Below are positions 34,959-48,200 of a DNA stretch of 58,074 bases, piece after piece. Numbering within the stretch: the stretch's first letter is position 1; every line of letters starts with the position of its first letter. The notes beneath the pieces are model-generated. The model saw nothing but the letters and a program-made list of their open reading frames with translations. It did not search any database and was not told the origin of the DNA. Source of the stretch: a virus (lineage: Duplodnaviria > Caudoviricetes); the IMG/VR virus record IMGVR_UViG_3300025120_000055, positions 1-58,074 of that record. One strand, written 5' to 3'. Both the position numbers and the translations under genes were made by a program.

Positions 34959-36211
34959 GTGACGGCTACGGTACACCAATACGCCTTCACTTCGACGGCG
35001 GGATACTAAGTGGTGTTCCTTTCTTTGGTTATGGTGATGACCCTTTTCCTCCTATGGAACTTCAGGCTCTATCTATCGCACTCAGTGTAGAGCGTAAAGT
35101 CGGAGGTATGTCTTTACCGCTTATGGGAGGTAAAAGGTTAGGTATTGACCTAAATATGGTAAATTCTACTATTGTTATTGAAGGAATTTTTACTGATGAT
35201 GATGTAAACAGAAGGATAGGTATCAGCAGCCCGGCTAATGGTTTTATTGATTTTTCTATAGAACAATCATATCTTAATGCAATATATGGCTCATCTATTG
35301 TAGCAAATTCTCAGTTCGCAAAACTAGTAGGTAGTGAAAGCAAGTTAGTCATAACACAAAAAAATGGAGATAAAAAAGAGATAAACTTTGCATTGAATAA
35401 TACTGGTAGTTTTTACACTAATCCGGGTGTAACAAATGTTGTAACAGGTGGTGGGACTACTGTAGTAAATATTCATGGTACTAATTTCCTTACCCCTGCT
35501 CAGATGGCTAAATCAATACAGACTGCGCTAGGAGGGAGTCATCTAAATTCTACTATTAATGGTACACTTGCTGCTTCAGATTTTACTGGTTTGGCTGATT
35601 CAAAAATTGTATTAACTGAAACTGTAAATGGTAGAATGAGTGGTGCTGGTTCTATAGTATTCAAAAACGCTAGCGTATACGCTCCGATGCATTCACCTCT
35701 TACTGGGGGTAGTGATGCTTCCTCTAACAAACCAAAGTCTGCTGGAGACAAGGTACAAGATTTGTATGGTATCCTACACAACACAAGTAGAGGAACTGCC
35801 GCATTAGTAGCAGGTGCTCTTATCGGTCTTGTCGCTGCTCCTGTTGCTGCTACGGCTGGTACTCTCGCTATAGCAGGTGGTGCTGGCGCTGCCGCTGGTG
35901 CTGTTGCTGGGCTTGGTAGTTTCTTTAATGGTGACTATCCAATCGGCTTGCAGATTCCTTACAACTCAATGATAACAGCGGCTGATGGTAAAAAATACAG
36001 CGTTAGAAATTTCTTGATACGCACTGGTATAAAATCAACTAATGAGAAAGTATCAGATGACAACAACCATAATGCTAACCGAGCATTCGATACAGGAGAT
36101 GACACTACGGGTATACAGGGTACTATTCAAAAGTTTGATGTAGGTTACAGTGCTGGAGAGCAGCATTATACTTATCAAATGGTCTTTGCTCCAATCGACA
36201 TGATAATTTAA
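34955..36211 (+). CDS. Putative distal tail/baseplate protein with inserted domain and Gly/Ala hydrophobic segment
   Basis: Follows tape measure; GIDLNMVNSTIVIEGIF ... IQGTIQKFDVGY...YTYQMVF. Confidence 0.6.
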   Translation: MSDGYGTPIRLHFDGGILSGVPFFGYGDDPFPPMELQALSIALSVERKVGGMSLPLMGGKRLGIDLNMVNSTIVIEGIFTDDDVNRRIGISSPANGFIDFSIEQSYLNAIYGSSIVANSQFAKLVGSESKLVITQKNGDKKEINFALNNTGSFYTNPGVTNVVTGGGTTVVNIHGTNFLTPAQMAKSIQTALGGSHLNSTINGTLAASDFTGLADSKIVLTETVNGRMSGAGSIVFKNASVYAPMHSPLTGGSDASSNKPKSAGDKVQDLYGILHNTSRGTAALVAGALIGLVAAPVAATAGTLAIAGGAGAAAGAVAGLGSFFNGDYPIGLQIPYNSMITAADGKKYSVRNFLIRTGIKSTNEKVSDDNNHNANRAFDTGDDTTGIQGTIQKFDVGYSAGEQHYTYQMVFAPIDMII

Positions 36212-36220
36212 GGTGATAGA

Positions 36221-39200
36221 ATGCCAATTATGTTACAGTCGAATCACGCTCTTTTCTTTGATGGAGTTAGCGATAGCGTTATCATTCCTCAAGGTAGTTT
36301 TAGTAGACTAGGAAGAGATTATGATTCGAGCAATAAAAGTTCTAGTGATATAATTGCTACAAGTTCTCAAGGTAACTCGGGTAAAGGTGCCATAAGTGAT
36401 GTTTTTGGTAAAGGTCTTGCTATCGAAGCGTGGGTTGTTCCTGATTGTGGTGGTGTTATATTATCAAAAGATGGTCAATTCAGATTATCAATAGGTAGCG
36501 TAGACACTCCCGGGCCTGTTGAATTTGAAGTCAATATACAAGCACCCGCTACTGGTAAAATGAAAGTGTTTGCGAGAACGGCGTTACCTGAGACAAATAA
36601 TTTCAACGGCCATGTTTATCCTGTTACCACCTTTGGTGGGCTAGATGATTCGTATAACCGCTTTGATGGTAGTAAAGATAAAGCAACATCACTATCGCTA
36701 AATCAAAGACCATTGTATCATATTGTTGCTGCTTTAAATAATAACGCAGCAGAAATATATGTCAATGGGGCTTTAATGTCCCAGCAAAGAATTCCCAAGG
36801 GTTCGGAAATTCTTGAGAATGACTCTCATGTTTACATCGGTGGTAAGGGTGGTGAGTTTAGAGGTGTTATAGAAGGTATACATGTTTCATCATCTTTTAA
36901 TCCTGAAATGACAACTCGCAACCCTGCTTTACTGACGGAGAAATCAATTTCTCTTTTTAGATTTGAAGAGCCTATCTCTACTTTTGACTCGGTGTATACT
37001 ATCAATAGTATTGACTCTACATATAGCGACACAGCAGTTACTGAAAATGACTTAACTGCTATCACTATATCTACTACTGAAGCGCAATCTTTGGCTAATT
37101 TATTGACTGGTAAGACTGTAACAGATTATGTAGATTTCACAGTCTCACCTTATTCCACTGGTAATTATTCTGTCGTTGACAGATTCACCACACCCGGTAC
37201 TACTAACAAAAGAAGTATACCGCATGTACCATATAATCTTCTAATTAACCCCGGCTCTATCAATCAAGATACTAAGAAGCCAAACGGTAAACCACCCGAG
37301 CGTGTAAGACTTCATAGAATTAATATTTCAACAGGTGAAATATTAGTATCGAGTATCCACTTAGATTTTCCCAACTCAACTAATGGAGATGGGTTAAGAC
37401 CGATACTACACAGCACTCATACTTCTGCTAATGGTGCTAATTCTTTTGTTGTTATAGCGGCTGACTATCTAATTGAAAACGGCACAGGTCGCCCTTATCA
37501 ACCACCTCATTTATCTACTCAAATTATCGACAGAACAGGGCAGATGTTGATTGATGAAGGTAATTATGAACAGCATGCCTTAGCGTATTCTAGCAGAATG
37601 GCTACTACTACGAACAGCCCTAATAACCCGTTTAAAGTTACTTGGCCCGCAGATATTGACGAACTGTTCCAAGTAGGGCACTCAGGAAGGCATACTCTAA
37701 ACCATGTCGAGGGTCATCATTATCTAAGAACTATGCCTCGTGCTAATAACGAAGCATTAGACCAACAAGCAGGTAATTCAGACATTCTGACTGTGATGTA
37801 TGATGAAACAGCGAAGGGTATAGATAAATTATTTCCGGTAAACAGTAAAATAGATTACTATAGAGAAGTTGCTCATTTTGAAATTGTCGATGCGGTTAAT
37901 TCCAGCATAGTTCACGAAGTGGTAACAAACGGATTAACAGGTGCTAATAAAAAACTTATAGCCATAGGCGGGACAAAAGCCAATTCAGTTTCCTTTAATC
38001 CTTTACCGTTTGTTCTCAAAGGCCCAGTTCCTATAGATATAAACAATGTTGATGCTGATTTAAATAAGTTTCACTTACATCCTTCTAGTAAAAGTAGAGT
38101 AGCATTACTTAGTGTTCCTACTCTTGCTAGTCGTGGTATCGCTCCTTATGTAGAGGTTCATTACAACGCTATAGATTTTTCAGGTGCATCAATGAGTAAA
38201 ACAACTCCTATGATAATGATAGAAAAAACTGTACCTGCGTCTAATCTACAGATAGGCGGGGCGTATATTGTAGATGATATAGCAACTGATGTCGCCGCTG
38301 GTAATGCAACGCTATTTGCACCCGGTGGTTATATTGATGTTGGAAAAACAAAAGAAGGTAACTTAGGCCAAGTTGCTTTTAGTCATTCTTTAATTGGAGA
38401 TAATAGCGAAGGGTTCGAGGCTGATGTAGAGTTAGATGAGCGATTAACTCCTCAAAATTTCACAGCAACGGCTAATTTAGGTAACACGACTCCACAAAAC
38501 ATTTCTTCTTCTCAAACTACAAAAGCCGAACATGACTCAGTGTTTCATAAATTATTTTTAGAAAGAAATGAAATTGAAAGTGATGTTAGTAAAGTTGTAG
38601 AGTTTTCAAGGCAAACACCTACTACAGTACACGGTAGTCCATCAGCAGGTCAGTTTGATGTTGGTATAACTTCTTCAGCATCATCCACACATGAAATGTT
38701 TGATATCATTGATAATTTACAGATAGGACACTTACAAGGAGTCACTCATCGTTTCTTTATTCAACCCTCGGATAGAAGAAGAACTAATCAATTACAACAT
38801 GTGTTTTCACTACAAGATAGAATTAACGATGCTAATCATGCAATTATACTATTTTTAATGAGTACGGCTAGACTTCGTGGTATAGAACAAATAGAAAACG
38901 ATAATGGTAGATTTACTACCATATCTGCCGTAGGTCTTACAGATGTGGCTGCTACTAGGAGCGTTAACGAGTTAGCATCAGGTAGTCCTGACTCCCATGT
39001 AGTGAAAGAAATAGACCCTAATGCTCCAGTAGTAAGTGTAACTCTTGGTGGTGTAGGGCAAGGAGGTTTTGATACTAAACCATCTTTTGACCGTAGCACT
39101 CTAGCCAACTTACCTTACAGTTCTCGAAGAGGTTTTTCTTGTTTAGCAACTAAACTTAGAGTAGACCGTAACCCAACTAACAACTTTCAATTTATCGAAG

Positions 39201-42200
39201 TAGCCCCATTAAACAACACCTCTCCTGATTTGAAGAGTTGGGGGACATATCCATTCCCAAAGGAAGGGCGAATATATTTGAAGAACGGAGCAAGTGCAAA
39301 ATATAGTTCTAAAACTGGAAGTTGTTTTATATTTACAGATTCTACTTTAGCAACTCGTAACTTCATAATACCGAGTGGGGGGGTAGTAGCCACTTTTCAA
39401 GAGTGGGTTGCATCTAGTGGATTAAGCGCCAACGCTGCCACTCTCACAGGGACTGCTGCTGATGTATTCCCTATAGGTGAAATTTTGATGGGAGACGGTA
39501 ACTTTTTCATAGAAAACTTACAAACTGATGGGAGTACAGTAAACGATAGAATGTTTCAGTCAGCGGATAATATATCTCATGATTATCAATTAGGAACACA
39601 GTTTGCTTCAACTCGTGCGCTTGTAGAAATACCGTTGTTTAGGGGGCAGTTCTTTGCAGACAAACTAAACGGCATTTATCCTGCACCTGACAACTCGTTA
39701 AAGTTACATATAGACCCAACTATGACAGCGCACACATGGAATCCTTCACCAGTTGGTAGACGCTTTCAAGACATTCCTGCTTCTGATAGAACAGCATTTA
39801 GTGCGTATGCTAAAAATGCGCTAACTAACAATAAAACCAATCAAACATCTATTACTCACTTTGGTCTTTTTGGTACTAATTATAGAATAACTGTTGCTAA
39901 TACAAAGGTATTTCCGGCTTCTATTACAACTTCTATCGCTCTCTTTCAGCAACCGGACAAAGTAATGGCGTACAGAAGAGCCTTCCTACCTTCAGGTGAG
40001 TGGTGTATTTACGACAACGACCCTGAAACAGATGGGTATTTACAATTTCCTAATACCACAGCATTTTTCTCAGAAAATTTCATTACTGAAATGAATGAAT
40101 CTATAGGTCTACCATTATTAATTGGAAACTCCTTAGAGTCAGAAGTTTTAGTTCCTCTAAAGGGTGATACGCTAAATAAAGTATCAGAAATTGAAAACAG
40201 GTCTGAATATTATCACGATGCGGCTAGTGTAAAAACTCAAGGCGGTAACATAGATTACGGACTCAGGCAGTATGTAAGTGCTGTTGAGTTTAAAGCGGGG
40301 CCAATGACTAACCCACATGCTGCTAAAACAAAAACAGGAAGAGCCGAGGGGACTATAGTGAATGTAGAACCTATAATGAGTGGGTCTACCTATAGTGGTT
40401 ATGCTAGATTAATAATGAGTGATGAAGATGCTGATTTATTTCCTAACATAGACCCAGCAGACCTAGGAGAATCATTTAAAGAGTGGAGAATGGGAGAAGC
40501 ACATTATACTTTAGAAATAATAGTAGGCGCCACCACTCATATATTTACTTACATGGGTCACGGTAATGATTTAAAAATAACTGGTAACGCTATTCTTGAT
40601 GATGCGATTTCAAGTATCATAGTTAGAACTAAAGAAATTGGGGGTACTGCTCCTGCTTATTTACCTAACTTAATTGGTAATTCTGCCCTCTTAAGCAGAT
40701 ATGGTTTTAATCAACATTTTGATACTGATAAAGAAAATGTACTGTTGAACCAATCAAACAATCTTTCTAACACAGCAAGACCTACTCATTATTCTTATCC
40801 TTGGAGTATTGTATCTATCACTGGGAGTAATCAATTACTCAGGGTAACTTGTCCTAAGACAGAATTGTTACAATCTAACACGCTTAATATGAGTATACAA
40901 GATGGTGATTATGTATACGCTGAAACTATCGGTGTCAACGCACTTGGGAGCACTCCTACTTCTTCTATATATTTAGGACAAGTAAGTAAAATAGAAGAGG
41001 GGATGATACAAAACAATCCAAACGCCGCTGCTAGCATTGAATGTATTATTAGTTTAGCAGCAGCAGTCCCAGCAGCGCAGTTAACTTTACTCAATGATGC
41101 TATTTCTAATGGCGCTATAAGTGTAGTTTTAAGAGTTGGTTGTCATGATATAATGAAAAATGACGATACCGCTTGTTTAAACAAATCATGGAACTATCCG
41201 TTTGCTCAAGGTGGTTTAAGACACGGTGATACAATATGGATGAATATGACATACAACAATCCTCATGCTGTACAAGGTTTGTTTTGTAAGAGTAGAGGGG
41301 TGTTTAACGAAGCGTTAGTTTACAAGTCTTTCAATGGTGGAAAAGGTGACACTGCTAATCTTCCTAGAGATTCTATACCTCTTGAAAATTTCTTAATAGG
41401 AGATACTTGTTTAGAAACTGCTAACAATTTTGTGCAGCATGTAAACAAAACAATTCAATTAAATTATAATAATTTAGGTATGACTCACGCACCTACTATA
41501 GCATACCTAGACCCGTATCTAGCCAAAGAAGGACATGCTCGTGTGCTTCTCTACGATGTTTCTCATGACCGTGAATTTATCGCATTCCAAGATATACACA
41601 TGCAGGTTCAAAGTTCTGCTAAGGCTTTAGAAATAGGGTACGAAAGATATACTGCTACTTCTAATTTTGCTGACGGAACTGATGAAATAGACTTAGGTAA
41701 TTATTCTGTTGTATACAACGGCGGTGCACAAAATCCTTTCATAACTCAAATTGATGTTGCTAACGGTTTCCCTTCTCAAAACAAGTATATCAGAAGTAAT
41801 CAACGCTCTAACTTTATGGAAAGTGCGTATGCTCATAACATAGCAAATAATATTGCTAATGAAATGTTACAACCTGAAGTTGGTAAAGTTAGCAGTTTGG
41901 TTCATTTAGGAAGAGGTAATACTACGCTTAACCAAAGAGGAAGTGGGTATAGCAACGCCAATGGAGTGGCTACCACTTCTCTTACTGGTCAAGGAACAGG
42001 TTTGACTGTGAATATTACTACAGTTCAAGGCGAAGTTGTATCCGCTGTTGTTGTAAATTCCGGTACTAGATATATCAACACTACTAATGCTTTTGAGTCT
42101 AAAGTAAGAATAACTGGTGGTAATAATGACTGTGTAATGGCTGTTAGCACTACAAACGCCAGCCTGATAAGCACTATATCTTCTATAGAGCAAAGCGTAG

Positions 42201-45200
42201 TCTATGGTAAAGCACATGGTCATTTTGTTCAAACAGGATACTACACAGGAGGGTTGTCATCTAGTGAAAGAAGTATAGGTGATAGTATAATTTCACGAAC
42301 TAATAGAGGTGTGGTTTTATCGTATTTTGCAGAAAAAACCCATATAAAAACTAGAGAGTTATATTCGAGTGATAAGTTTATCGTAAAAGAACTGATGCAG
42401 CGTAAAACTGGAGATTTAGAAAGACAACTAGGTACTGTAGTTGCTGGTGGTAGTGGTTATAATAATGGTACATTTTACAATGTGATAACTACTACTAATG
42501 GGAACGGTAGAGGTATGACTGTAAATGTAGCAATTAGTGGCGGTGTTGTTCAAACTGTTGTTATAAATAGAGTAGGAGATGGTAATTATAAAAACGGAGA
42601 TGCTATCTTTGTGGGTGATAGAACTTTAGATTCACCAAATGCTGCTTCAAATGTTAGTGGAAACGGTTTGGCAAATGCTATTCTTAATGTCGGTCACAAA
42701 CATCACGAAACTTCTACTCTATTCGACACACCTGACGGAACTAGAGTTATACCTGCTTTCCTTGCTTTAAAGGGAATACGCTCCGCCCCGTTAGATTTAA
42801 CCAATCATCCCGAGGCTAACACTAGAGGAATTAATTTACTTCCTCAGTGGAGTCAAATGGATTTCGTTAGAAGATTAACTATTGACCTTGGAGAAGTTTC
42901 TATCATAGAAGGAATCACCAACATAGAGGCTGCTGCTAATGAAGTAGTTAGGATGATAAACCAAGCAGGGGCTACTGGTGGTAAAACACACGCTCCTAGG
43001 AATAACAAACAATACCCTGTAAAGGTAGTAGGTGACGCAGATTTCGCTGTAACAGGTTCTACCTTTGACCCAACGGTGTGGTGGGATGAAGAGAAAGCCT
43101 TTGCTTCACATGACAAAGGAACTCACATGGGTTATTTGCGTGCACATCTTGGTCGTGTTGTAAAAGATATTGACGGTAATGAAGGTTTCTCAATAGTTAT
43201 TCACAGTACCGTTCCGGGTGCAACAGGTCGTAACTTCGCTGTTTGGTTAGACAATAGTAAAGGTCAAGCCCCGTACAAGCCTGAATTTTTAATAGGTCAT
43301 GGTGGTCGTTTCAGAACCTTTTGGTGTTTACCTGATGAATTGACTGGAGAAAACATGCACCCAGCACCGATGCCGCTTAATAAACACGGTAGACCTTTTG
43401 CGCCTATTACATCGCTTCGACAATTTACACCTCTTGAACAAAATACAGATGTAACATCATCAACTGGTGATTTTACATCTAATCTTTCTAACACTGCCGA
43501 ACCTAAATTAAGAGCGATTTCTGCCGCCACAGGTGGTGGGCAAACTCATAATACTGTAAATGCTGAATCTTTTGAAGCAGAAGGTTTTACTGCATCTCTT
43601 GTTGAAGGGTTAAGAACTGGAACTTCTGCTGTAGGAAGAATTAACTTTGGTGGTTTAGTTGAGGCCGGAGTTCCCGGTTTTGCACCTGATGCTGGTAAAT
43701 GGGGCTTTGGTAGAAAAGGTGATACTAGATTTATGAACGATTACGGGATAGTGACAAAAGTAGGTCAAACCGATGCACCTTCAACTTACACAGGTCATGT
43801 GCCTAATAGAGATGTATTTCCTGAAAATATAGGCGACACTCCGATTTACGGTCTTAAGTTACAAGACCATGTAGGTTCATCTCATGGTATTAGATATATT
43901 TACAAAAATATGGGTGAGAAATTTACTCTTGAAAATACAAAGATACCACAAACTCTTGATAATGAAATTGTTGTTCATTTTAACCATAAAGACTGTTCTC
44001 AAGGTGGATTCACTATAGGTAGACACATGCATGGTATAGGTGACCCAACTGGTCGCTTCCCTGATGCTAGAAACACATCTTTTGCTAATTGGCAAGGCAA
44101 TCTTTGGAGAGGCGCTAGCGCTCCAAACGCTGGATATCTTACCGATATTGTATATAATAAATCAACATCAACTCTCACAGTGACAACTTACGGGCCTTAT
44201 GATGGTCATGACCATCCTGATATATTAGGTTACATGGGATTCCCTGCAACTAACGGGGTAATTCATGTATCAGACCCGTTTAATTGCACAGGGAGTGCTA
44301 CTACTACTGGTAATAATGGAACAGGTTATACAAACGGCACTTATCAAACCACTGCGACAGATAGCGCTGGAAACACATTAACTGTAGATATACTCGTTTC
44401 AGGTGGCGTAGTTCAAAGTGGTAATACTGCTATAGTATCTTTTGGTGATGGTAATTATGCTAACGGTGAAGTATTTACTATTAGCGGAGGAAATAACAAC
44501 GCCACATTTACACTCGGAAACGCTGTAAAGGGTAGTTGGGGTAACATGTTTAATTATACTCATAGAAGTAGACTACCCGGAACTAGTAGCACACATACTT
44601 TCCATGGAGTCACGGCTGATACATTTATTTCTAATCATTCTGTTACCCTTCATAGTGACAGTGCTACGAATAGAGTTGGTCTTGGAACTTTTGTAGTAGG
44701 AGAGGCTACACAGGCTACTCGTGCTATTATAACATCGGTAGCAAATTGGACTACTCTAGTAACAGATGAACTTATGGCTGCTGTAACTGCTTTTGCTATT
44801 AACTTAGATGACCCTAACATAGAGGAGGGGGTTTTCTTTGATTGCACCGATATGTATGCTTCAGATGGTAAGACATTTGGAGAGTGGGGTATAACCCCTG
44901 AGTCAATTAAAGTTAAAGCGTTTAATACTAAAAATAATATCACCCCTATATCTAATTTCTTCACAGCAAGTGTATCTCGAGATATGGGTATCAAAGCAGC
45001 CCATCTTGAATTTGGTGAGATTCCAAGAATAAATGCAGACCCTACTTTTGGTTTAATTAAAGTATCAGGTACTAATAATGCACCAACTACTTCTTTGCTA
45101 GAAGAAGGTAGGGGGATAGAGTGTGGTTATATCCCGAAAACAATTTTACAAATTAATTCAAGAGGTAAAGGAACTAATACCAATACTGCAACTCCTATTT

Positions 45201-48200
45201 TAGTAGATTCAGATAATATTGCTATAGATACAACTACTTGGTCTAAAAACTTAAACGGTCAAAATTTTACAGCATCCAGTGGAGATTTAATTTTACCAAA
45301 CTGCGACAACCCTACTTTGAAAATGACTTCAATTCATCCTACAGGTACTAATATTAATGTAGATACACAAAACGAAATGTGGCATTTTACTAGACCTCCT
45401 ACTGCTGAAAAAGGTTTGCAGATATTAGCAGCAGCACCATCGGCGTTTAATTTGGCTCCTGTTAACGATACCCAATATGTATTTTCTTTTGGTCAAATAA
45501 CTAAAGTAGCCTACGGTTCTGAAACAGGAGTCTTGACTCCGAGAAATAATAATTTAACTTTAACAACTGTTCAATTTTTTGACAGCCCTGATATGAATGC
45601 TATGAGTGAAGATTGGCCTACATCAGCGCCGGGTGGCACTCTTATTATTCAAAAATACGCAGATAAGAGAGCATACTTGTTTGCTGGTAAAAGGTCGCTT
45701 GGTAGTGTACACTCTATACCAATTATACACTTTAGCGGCGGTAGAGATAGTCCCGATAAGTATGTGCCGTTATACTTCGGTGGTGGTTTTACAGGTGCTA
45801 CTATAGACATAAATGATGGCACTAACAATGATTATGCTGAACATAATACTCATCATTATGCTAATGGCCCTACTGGTTCTGCTGGAATACAAAATGCCAA
45901 TGAAATACTTTCATCTTTCTCTACATTAGATTGTAATGCTATTATGGCATTTTTCCCTGCTACTGCTTTACTAAATCAAAATCGTGGCTCAATCAACCCA
46001 CCTGTATATAATAAAAACAACATACTTTCGCCTGATTTAAAACGAGGAGGTCATACACCAAGCAACATATTCCCCGATGCTGCTCCATATACTGCTGGAG
46101 TCCACATGCAAGCACCGTCGCCTATGGTGTTGAGGTTTGCTCATCCTACAGCAAGATACCAAGACCACAAAAATAACATTGATAATAAAACAACATTCAT
46201 CGTATTTGGCCCGGGTCAGGCGTTCCCGCTTACTAGAGATTCAGCCTCACCTGCCAATCAATTTGAACCACATCCCGGTGCTGCTCTTACAGTTGGTAAC
46301 ACTTGGAGTAAAATACCTGCTAAAACTAATGATGGTAATTTCTTGCCTAATCACATAGCAAACTTCAACGGAGATTTCTTGCCGGAGCAATCATCTTTCC
46401 AAACTACACATAGAGAGTTTCATTACAAAACAACTCTCAATTGGGAATCATCTCTCGGTATACCATTAGCAGGGGTAACAGTTAGACACCGACCCGAGAA
46501 CGGTAGAAACTACGGTAGTCAGTTTAGTCCTAAAGCGTTTGAAAATTATACAGCAGCGGGTTCAATGGATGTTTCTGCGGCACAAATTTATGCAATTGCT
46601 CAACCAAATAGACACGCTATACTTGTCCCTAGTGGTATGACTAAAAATGCAGATTTATGTTGGCACATGGATAATGGTAATCACCCCGGTGGTTCTTGGA
46701 TGGATAATCAAATTACTATGAATCCACCTATGCAAACTGGTGATGCGAGAGTAGCAAAGACAGCAGCGACTATCATAAACCCTACAGCGTTTAGAGTAGC
46801 GGGTGTGCTAGCAAATAAAATGTTATACTCAAATGGTAATTCAGGTTCACCCGCATTTCAAGCAGAAACGCTAGATGCTGATGATGTAGACCACGAATAC
46901 ATTGTAGTAGACGCTACACGCTGTCAAAACGGAGAAGAGTTAGCGTGTGTTTTAGGTGCTGCAATCAACACATTCCCCGGTAAAGGTGCACTCAAAGCAA
47001 TTGGTGGTACATTTATGCCGTCTATGGGTAACTCTTCTCGACAAGACCGTTACGGTTGGATTGAGGCTGAGTCTACTGCCATACCTGCTGGTGCTGGTAA
47101 TTCACCAGATTTTGCTAGTATATATGGGAACGGAACAGTCGGTGGCGCTACTGCTGATGCTGATGTAACCAATTTAGGATATTCTAACAGAACCGCTACC
47201 ACTTCACCAGCCACAAGAAGTTCTACTACCACTATTACTTTTACAGGTACAGTTACTTCCGGTAGCGCAACTATTACTGGAGTTACAGTTCCAGCGACTA
47301 TGAAAATTGGTCAATCTATTACCGGAACAGGATTGGCAGCATACACTATTGTTACAGGTTTTGATAGCGGTGCTAATACTGTCACTGTTAGCCCATCGGG
47401 TACATCAACTCCGGGAAGCCCTGTGACATTAACACTAACAATAAACACACTTGGAAATTTACTGTCAAGTTCTACTGTTAAGTTTGCTGATTGTTTCATT
47501 GATTTAAGAATAACCGCACATCAAAGTGTATCTGCTAAAGTTATGGCAAGTAGAATACCATCATCGGGTTGGCTCAGAAGTGAGGCTAAACATAATTATT
47601 CTTATGAACTTTCTAGTACATCTAGTCTTAAAACTCCAGCATGGGCTTGTTACACCAGTAGAGCATTTTATACTCATAACAGTGATTTGTATGTTAGGTT
47701 TTATCTAGGAATAAATAAATTAACAGGGTCTAAATTATTTGAAGATGGTGATGTATGGCAGCAATATGCTAGAAATCTATCAGAAATTGACAGTGTTGGT
47801 AACGGTCAGTATGATGGTTTGACTACACCACATCCTGCACCTAATGCTGGTGATACAATTTGGATATGGTCTAAATCTTCTACTCATTATGTTGATAACT
47901 CTACTAATTTCATAGGCTCTAGGTTTACCAACTACGGTATAGGCGCTGTTCATTTTAACGGATTAGTTGATGCTATAGATAGAACAAAACCAATAGGTGC
48001 AGTTGGTTGGCATGGTGAACGATATTCATATCTTAACACTCTTAATGTTGGGACTGGTTACGCTGCTGGGTTAGGAGCGTGGCACACAGAACTTGGCTTC
48101 TCCCCATACGGTAGTTCTTCATCTTGTGCTACTGTTTTGTCTCACTTACCAAACACAACTCCTTTACCAAACAGCCCTGAAAGCGCACCTCCTATAGATT

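Noticed and set aside
33803-34990. 395-aa antisense ORF over the tape measure gene
   Set aside because: Mirrors the sense repeats and is most simply a stop-free shadow of biased codons; no independent protein features
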